From a virus: a stretch of 64,000 bases of DNA. The position numbers were made by a program, and so were the translations under genes. Shown piece by piece: positions 58,355 through 64,000 of this stretch; position 1 is the stretch's first letter, and the number at the start of each line of letters is the position of its first letter. The notes under the pieces were generated by a model that was given only the letters and a program-made list of their open reading frames with translations, was not told where the DNA came from and searched no databases. The stretch is from positions 1-64,000 of the IMG/VR virus record IMGVR_UViG_3300024346_000039. The stretch is one strand, 5' to 3'.

Positions 58355-58891
58355 TTACAGTAGGGCCAGAGCGATTAGGCTGCTGGATGTTGCGCCAATA
58401 TTTGTAATATTTGTAGTTGAACTTACTGCTGTGTCTCCGAAGAGTCCTAGTCCTAGCAATGAATTCATTTCTAACAAACTAATTCTATTTGTATCTGCTG
58501 TAGTTCCGTTTGCTCCAGCAATACCTTGTGGGCCAACAGCACCAGTAGGACCTGTTGCTCCTGGTGCACCATTTGCTCCTTTAATATTGCCTTGCAGCAC
58601 CCATGTGCTGGTAGACGAACTATACGCATAAAAGTTTCCGTCTGTGGAGTTTAGGTAAACATCTGCTTGTAGAGGACCAGCAATACCTGCTGATTCTGGA
58701 GCAACTGTATTAACAGTTATTCTACTTCCGCGAGTTCCTGCAACACCTGCTAAACCAGTCGGTCCAGTAATTGATAAACCTTGCGGTCCAGTCGGTCCTG
58801 CGGGACCTGTAGGTCCTGGGGCTCCTTGAGCGCCCGGGCGTGAACCAGCAACAACTACCCATTCGGTACCTGTCCAGCGTTTTAATGACAT
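58355..58891 (-). CDS. Collagen-like fibre protein
   Basis: Gly-X-Y (GPT/GPQ) runs. Confidence 0.75.
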   Translation of the reverse strand: MSLKRWTGTEWVVVAGSRPGAQGAPGPTGPAGPTGPQGLSITGPTGLAGVAGTRGSRITVNTVAPESAGIAGPLQADVYLNSTDGNFYAYSSSTSTWVLQGNIKGANGAPGATGPTGAVGPQGIAGANGTTADTNRISLLEMNSLLGLGLFGDTAVSSTTNITNIGATSSSLIALALL

Positions 58892-58967
58892 TGATTGCTC
58901 CTACACTCGTCCACAAGTAGCATCTATATATTATCCTATTTTCTCTTTTACTAGTTTCACATTAGCC

Positions 58968-60656
58968 TTAAAATACCCTGACCCACGGGACAAGGTTGGC
59001 ATATGTGGAAAGTAAAGTTGGTGCTGTTAAAGAGTCTCCTCTAGGGATTGTCCCTGAAATTGTGTTGCCTGGAACTCCTAGTCCGATAGTGTTTGCAAAC
59101 TGAGGCTTTCCTAAGTCCATACCAGCCAAAAGCAACGTAGATGCCGAGGTATCTGTAGAGAAAACAACAGCATATGCCTGACCAGGAACTAAAGTATAAG
59201 ATGATGGATACCCGCCAAAAATACTAAATGAGCGGGTATACCAAGCACCTGTCTCGGTCATCAAACTTGTATCACTATTAGTTCGTGCAACAAGAGCCAT
59301 CGAGCCAGTTTGTAGATTTATAGTGTAAAGAAGGTATCTAGCGTATGTTGCATCAGGTAAGTCCAAAAAGCCAGAGCCATTAAAACAAAACATAGAAATA
59401 CTATTAATTGTCAGTGCTTTTGGAGATATAAGAATTGCTGCTGGATTTGAACCAAAATCAGGTCTTATATTGATAGCACAGTTAGTCCCAAGATGCGCTC
59501 TTGAAATATTTTCAAGATGACTTCCAAGAATAAAATCAACTTCATTGGTTGCTCCAGGCACACCTTGTGGTCCTGTAGGTCCAGGAACAAAACTTTGTCC
59601 TGCTGGCCCCTGAGCACCTGTAGGCCCTGTAGGCCCTGTAGGCCCCTGCGGACCTTCTAAAATTTCATCTTGACCACTAGTATCAACCCAAAGAACTGTT
59701 ACATCTTCATCTGGTGCTGTAGGTTGAATAGCAAGATAATCTAAATCAATATCATCTTCATCAATCCACAAATCACCTTCAAAGCGTGTGCCTGTTGGTG
59801 GGTTTGGGTCAGAATAAATAAGTTCTTCAATTACATTTTCTTCAGATGCCCAAAATTGAAACTCTGTTGGGTCTGGTGCTGTTGTTCCAGAATAAATTGC
59901 AGCATTAGCACCAAGGTCATCAATATCAAACCAAATGTCTCCAGATGTTGGGCCTGTAGGTGAACCTAAACCAATATATGTTTCTGTAGGAATACCAGTT
60001 CCATCAGTTGAAACATAGTCTTTACCTTTTGGACCAATATTTCCAGTAGGACCCGTTGGACCAGTTGGACCCGTTGGACCGACAATTTGACCAACGCTGC
60101 TCCACGCAGTTCCGTTCCATACATACATATCACCGTCTGAGTCAACAACAAATGCATCGTTTCGAGCATTACCTGTTGAGGGAAGATTTTGTGGTGTCGC
60201 AACACTTCCTCGAACATTGATAGATGTTCCTTGAGGACCAGTACTACCTGTTGGTCCTGTTGGACCTGGAACTGTAGATGTTGGGCCTGTAGCACCAGTC
60301 GCACCTGTAGGACCAAGAATATTTCCAGTATTAAGCCACTGCCCACCTACAGTGTCCCAAACATATAAATCACCTTGAACAAGATACGCCTCACCAATGC
60401 TTCCAACAGGGTCGGCAGCAATCAGTTGGTTGAGCGTGGCATACGAGCCAAGAAGTGTTAGACCAGCGCCCTGAGCACCTGTTGCACCCGTTGGTCCAAT
60501 AATTCCTTGTGGGCCAACAGCACCTGTAGGACCAGTAGGACCAATTGGAGCAATCTTTACTACTTGCCAAACACTGCCATTCCAACGCCAAGTATTTGTT
60601 CCAGAACTAAATTCTTGATTTAGGGAAGGCGAATTAGGAAAATCAATCGCTGCCAT
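58968..60656 (-). CDS. Collagen-like fibre protein (562 aa)
   Basis: MAAIDFP.SP..W.WNG N-terminus; GPT repeats interrupted by G.AY.V.GDLYVW modules. Confidence 0.8.
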   Translation of the reverse strand: MAAIDFPNSPSLNQEFSSGTNTWRWNGSVWQVVKIAPIGPTGPTGAVGPQGIIGPTGATGAQGAGLTLLGSYATLNQLIAADPVGSIGEAYLVQGDLYVWDTVGGQWLNTGNILGPTGATGATGPTSTVPGPTGPTGSTGPQGTSINVRGSVATPQNLPSTGNARNDAFVVDSDGDMYVWNGTAWSSVGQIVGPTGPTGPTGPTGNIGPKGKDYVSTDGTGIPTETYIGLGSPTGPTSGDIWFDIDDLGANAAIYSGTTAPDPTEFQFWASEENVIEELIYSDPNPPTGTRFEGDLWIDEDDIDLDYLAIQPTAPDEDVTVLWVDTSGQDEILEGPQGPTGPTGPTGAQGPAGQSFVPGPTGPQGVPGATNEVDFILGSHLENISRAHLGTNCAINIRPDFGSNPAAILISPKALTINSISMFCFNGSGFLDLPDATYARYLLYTINLQTGSMALVARTNSDTSLMTETGAWYTRSFSIFGGYPSSYTLVPGQAYAVVFSTDTSASTLLLAGMDLGKPQFANTIGLGVPGNTISGTIPRGDSLTAPTLLSTYANLVPWVRVF

Positions 60657-60695
60657 TTACACTCTCCTCAAGAATAGATATTTCTAATTGTACGG

Positions 60696-60851
60696 TTAGG
60701 AATCAAGACCAAGATTTAATCGGTTTACATATGCGGATGCCCAGTTGATGGCTGAAGCCTCTGACTCCCATGGGCCAGAACTATCAACAACTACATCATC
60801 TGACTTAACTTCACAGATAAGTTCTCTTGTTATTGTATAAGTATACGCCAT
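60696..60851 (-). CDS. Small hypothetical protein (51 aa, below the ORF-track cutoff)
   Basis: AGGAGAG RBS; MAYTYTITRELICEVKSDDVVVDSSGPWESEASAINWASAYVNRLNLGLDS*; fills the gap between two genes. Confidence 0.7.
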   Translation of the reverse strand: MAYTYTITRELICEVKSDDVVVDSSGPWESEASAINWASAYVNRLNLGLDS

Positions 60852-60860
60852 TTTACTCTC

Positions 60861-61772
60861 CTAGTTAGTAATGAGCGATGTGCCCAGAAGCCCTAATTGA
60901 CCTGCTGCAATAAACTTTGGTATTCCTGTTGGAAAGCCATAAGCAATACTATTTATGTTAGAGCCTGAAAAACTAGAATCTCCTGCTGTCCAACTTATAG
61001 CATCTGTTGAATAAATTGCTGTTCCATTCGCACCACCAATAAAAAATGTTGCTGACCCGAAATCTATGTCTCTAAGAGTGAGGGGACCTGCTGGCTGCGT
61101 GCGTTGGGTCCAAATACTTCCATCTAACGATGTTGCAATTTTTCCATCTCCACCGCAAGCAACATAATAACCAAGCCCATATGAAATAGAGTAAATAATG
61201 CTTGTAGTAAAACTACTTGTCCGTTGAGTCCAAGAAATTCCATCCGAAGAAGTTGCTAATTTTCCAGCAGCCCCGACTGCAACATACAAAGACCCTGAAT
61301 ATGTAACACCATAAATAATTGACGTGCCAAAACTACTTGTTCTTTGAGTCCAGGAAATTCCATCTACTGAGGTTGCTAATTTTCCAGAGGCTCCTACAGC
61401 AACAAAAAGAGAGCCAGAATAAATTACATTAAGAATAATTGTTGTACCAAAACTACTTGTCCGTTGAGTCCAATTAATTCCATCTGGAGAAGTTGCTAGT
61501 TTTCCAGACGCACCGACTGCCACATAAACTCCAGCACCATATGCAACATCCCAGATGGTAGTTGTACCAAAACTACTTGTCCGTTGAGTCCAAAAAATTG
61601 CTTCGGGAGATGTTGCTAATTTTCCTGAGTTTCCAACGGCAATAAATTGACCATTTAAAAATTTTACTGATGATATTTCAGTAGTGCCAAAACTACTTGT
61701 TTGAAGAGTAAATGCTGATGGAGCATTAAGTCGAACACGAGATGACCAAATTCCATGAAGGGCTTTAAGCAT
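60861..61772 (-). CDS. Beta-propeller protein with 40-aa BNR/Asp-box-like repeats
   Basis: WTQRTSSF..VAVG..GKLATS.DG repeats; 120-nt DNA period. Confidence 0.8.
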   Translation of the reverse strand: MLKALHGIWSSRVRLNAPSAFTLQTSSFGTTEISSVKFLNGQFIAVGNSGKLATSPEAIFWTQRTSSFGTTTIWDVAYGAGVYVAVGASGKLATSPDGINWTQRTSSFGTTIILNVIYSGSLFVAVGASGKLATSVDGISWTQRTSSFGTSIIYGVTYSGSLYVAVGAAGKLATSSDGISWTQRTSSFTTSIIYSISYGLGYYVACGGDGKIATSLDGSIWTQRTQPAGPLTLRDIDFGSATFFIGGANGTAIYSTDAISWTAGDSSFSGSNINSIAYGFPTGIPKFIAAGQLGLLGTSLITN

Positions 61773-61775
61773 TAG

Positions 61776-63704
61776 TTAGCCCACCAAACTTCCAGCAAGT
61801 AACCATTCATTAGCAGCAATTTTTAGAAGAGAGCCTGTAGCGTAAGTCTGAGAAAGTTTTCTCTTTCCACCTTCAGAGTTGAGAATAACTCCAGCACCAG
61901 GAGCAATAGTTGTTTGTCCAGAGTTGTATTGGATAAGAACAATCTGTGTCCCCACAGGGAAGGTGTATCCGCTTTGACCATCTGGAGGAATTGTCACTGT
62001 ATGAGCATTAGCAACATTCATTCGAACTAATCTAAATGCATCTGCTGGAGCAAGAGTAATTGGAGTTGTGTATACGTTTCCAGTAAGTTCATAGAATGGA
62101 GTTCCTGTTGGACCAGTTGCCCCGATTCCAGTCGGACCTGTTGCGCCAGCAGGACCTGTAGGACCAGCAACAGTTGATGCAGGACCAGCAGGTCCCGTTG
62201 GTCCTTGCGGTCCAGCAGGGCCAGTGGGTCCGACAGCAGTAGATGCTGCGCCAGTTGCACCAGTAGGACCAGCAGGTCCTGTTACAGAAGGCCCTGTGGC
62301 ACCAGTAGCACCAGTTGCACCAGTCGGCCCAGTTGGGCCTGGAACAGTTGAGTCTGCACCCTGCGGTCCAGCAGGTCCAGTAATTGATAATCCAGTTGCA
62401 CCAGTAGGTCCAATTGGACCTGACACACCTTGCGGACCTACAACTGGTCCAGCGTTCTGCCAGTCAGATACAGCAGCATTCCAAATCCATAAGTTAGTTC
62501 CGACAATGTATCCATCGCCAACAAGGTTTGTTTGACCAGCACGAGCAGCAGCCAAAGCAGGATAACTTGGGTAGAAACCTAAAATCTTAATACCAATACC
62601 AGTTGGGCCTGTAACGCCAATCGGTCCAGTAATGCCCTGTGCACCAGTTGGACCAGTAATTCCTTGTGGCCCAGTTGGACCTTGAATACCTGTTGGACCA
62701 ATATTACCTGTTGCTCCTTGGAAGCCACGAATACCAGTTGGACCAGTAATACCCTGAATACCTTGCGGTCCAGTAATTGATAAACCAGTTGCTCCTGTTG
62801 CACCAGTTGGTCCAGTAATACCCTGAATACCTTGTGCACCAGTAGGTCCTTGAATGACACCTACGTTTGCCCAGACTTCAGATGCGTTCCACACATATAA
62901 AGTTCCTTGAACTAAATAACCTTGTCCAGGCATTGTTGGTCCAAATGGAAGTGCAGCAAGTAATTCTGGAAAAGTATTAAAACTTCCAGCAATAGTAAGA
63001 CCAACACCTTGGTCTCCAGTTGGGCCTTGTGTGCCAGTTGGTCCTGTTACTCCTTGTGGCCCCGTAGGTCCTAGTGGACCAGTTACACCTTGAGGCCCTC
63101 TAATACTTCCTAAGTTTTCCCAAGAAAAAGATGTTGTTGACCACGAATAAACTTGCCCGTCAACTAAATATGAATGAGTTGGAATTGTTGGGCCAGTAGG
63201 TAGTGCAGCAATGAGAGCAGCAGGGTTTGGATACGTTCCAGCAATTTTTGCTTCATATCCGCGAGGACCAGTCCAACCAGTAGGACCAGTTAATCCAATA
63301 ATTCCTTGAGGTCCAGTAAAACCAGTAGGTCCTGTAGGACCTGTAACTCCTTGTGGTCCAGTTGGCCCAGTTACACCACCAATACTTGATGCAGATTCAA
63401 CCCAATAGTTATCATAATAAACATATAACTGCCCAGTTGCAGAATCAAACCAAGCGTCACCAGATGCAGCATTAGATGGTGGTGTTGAAGATTCTAAAGC
63501 AAACTTTCCATAGCGACCAGTCGCACCTGTTGGGCCAGTGACGTTTGATGCAGCACCAGTAGGTCCTACTGCACCAGTTGGACCCGTTGGTCCAGTAAGT
63601 GGACTAACAACAATATTCCATGTTGTTCCATCCCACTTCCATTCTTGCAAACCAAATTGATAAATGTCATTTACTTGAGGGTTTGATGGAAAATTAATAG
63701 CCAT
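61776..63704 (-). CDS. Collagen-like fibre protein (642 aa)
   Basis: Long GPT/GAT repeats; C-terminal FPVGTQI..Q..GQ.TI..G.GV.LNS fibre domain. Confidence 0.8.
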   Translation of the reverse strand: MAINFPSNPQVNDIYQFGLQEWKWDGTTWNIVVSPLTGPTGPTGAVGPTGAASNVTGPTGATGRYGKFALESSTPPSNAASGDAWFDSATGQLYVYYDNYWVESASSIGGVTGPTGPQGVTGPTGPTGFTGPQGIIGLTGPTGWTGPRGYEAKIAGTYPNPAALIAALPTGPTIPTHSYLVDGQVYSWSTTSFSWENLGSIRGPQGVTGPLGPTGPQGVTGPTGTQGPTGDQGVGLTIAGSFNTFPELLAALPFGPTMPGQGYLVQGTLYVWNASEVWANVGVIQGPTGAQGIQGITGPTGATGATGLSITGPQGIQGITGPTGIRGFQGATGNIGPTGIQGPTGPQGITGPTGAQGITGPIGVTGPTGIGIKILGFYPSYPALAAARAGQTNLVGDGYIVGTNLWIWNAAVSDWQNAGPVVGPQGVSGPIGPTGATGLSITGPAGPQGADSTVPGPTGPTGATGATGATGPSVTGPAGPTGATGAASTAVGPTGPAGPQGPTGPAGPASTVAGPTGPAGATGPTGIGATGPTGTPFYELTGNVYTTPITLAPADAFRLVRMNVANAHTVTIPPDGQSGYTFPVGTQIVLIQYNSGQTTIAPGAGVILNSEGGKRKLSQTYATGSLLKIAANEWLLAGSLVG

Positions 63705-63707
63705 TTA

Positions 63708-63998
63708 TTACACTGCCCTCTCATACATAAACTCAACAATAATTTCATCATTAGGATTAAATGTAAATGGGTCAGTGTGGCTTGCAGGTAATCCTTCTGC
63801 ATAAACTGCCACCTGAGTATGAATGAACAATTCAACTCTTGTTCTATCATCATTGTTAATAGCAACTGTTCCAAAGAAGTTTTTACCAGTGCTAATACTT
63901 CTCATTGTGACAGTTCCTATTGGTTCAACGTTTCTCATACCGTTCACTGCTGTGAATGGAAGTGTAATTCTATATGTTCCATTTCCACGGTTGGTGGT
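63708..63998 (-). CDS. Fibre-type protein, C-terminal part (truncated by the window edge)
   Basis: Frame stays open to the window end: TTNRGNGTYRITLPFTA.. Confidence 0.65.
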   Translation of the reverse strand, partial: TTNRGNGTYRITLPFTAVNGMRNVEPIGTVTMRSISTGKNFFGTVAINNDDRTRVELFIHTQVAVYAEGLPASHTDPFTFNPNDEIIVEFMYERAV

Positions 63999-64000
63999 TG

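Noticed and set aside
61080-61700. Regularly spaced repeats as a CRISPR array
   Set aside because: The period is 120 nt, in frame within a CDS, and the intervening sequences are homologous; these are protein repeats
1-64000. tRNA genes, integrase, terminase, endolysin, reverse transcriptase/DGR
   Set aside because: No cloverleaf or diagnostic motifs were recognised; these may lie outside the window

Overview
This window is a 64 kb segment of a large, apparently lytic tailed dsDNA phage (siphovirus-type tail). The host is most likely an actinobacterium: there are two WhiB genes, leaderless TAnnnT-N6-ATG starts, an HspR operator, and a head module like that of mycobacteriophage cluster B. Layout: (1) 1-2350 is a minus-strand early region of four one-gene promoter/terminator cassettes, studded with host-regulator boxes (3 CRP/GlxR sites, 3 perfect DnaA boxes, an HspR HAIR), followed by a repeat-rich non-coding block. 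(2) 2508-24068 holds the head genes: portal, a 2653-aa polyvalent protein (DEDDh exonuclease + ArdC-like + zincin), a 1900-aa maturation-protease polyprotein, and capsid hexamer and pentamer proteins. (3) 24099-37175 holds the tail genes, including a frameshifted chaperone pair and the tape measure. (4) 37200-48526 holds replication/recombination/regulation genes (PolA, RuvC-like, SNF2 helicase, PD-(D/E)XK nuclease, Sak4-like ATPase, SSB, WhiB x2). (5) 48513-64000 is a convergent minus-strand block of collagen-like, glycine-rich and beta-propeller fibre proteins ending in a GT2-TPR glycosyltransferase and a methyltransferase. No terminase, lysin, integrase, tRNA or CRISPR array was recognised here. 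The best candidates for undescribed biology are the host-operator array in the early region, a recurrent hydrophobic-[T/V]-A-[S/A]-[A/G] motif that looks like a protease cleavage code across the head polyproteins, and a structured RBS-sequestering leader on the capsid gene. All family assignments come from motif recognition by eye; no database search was run.
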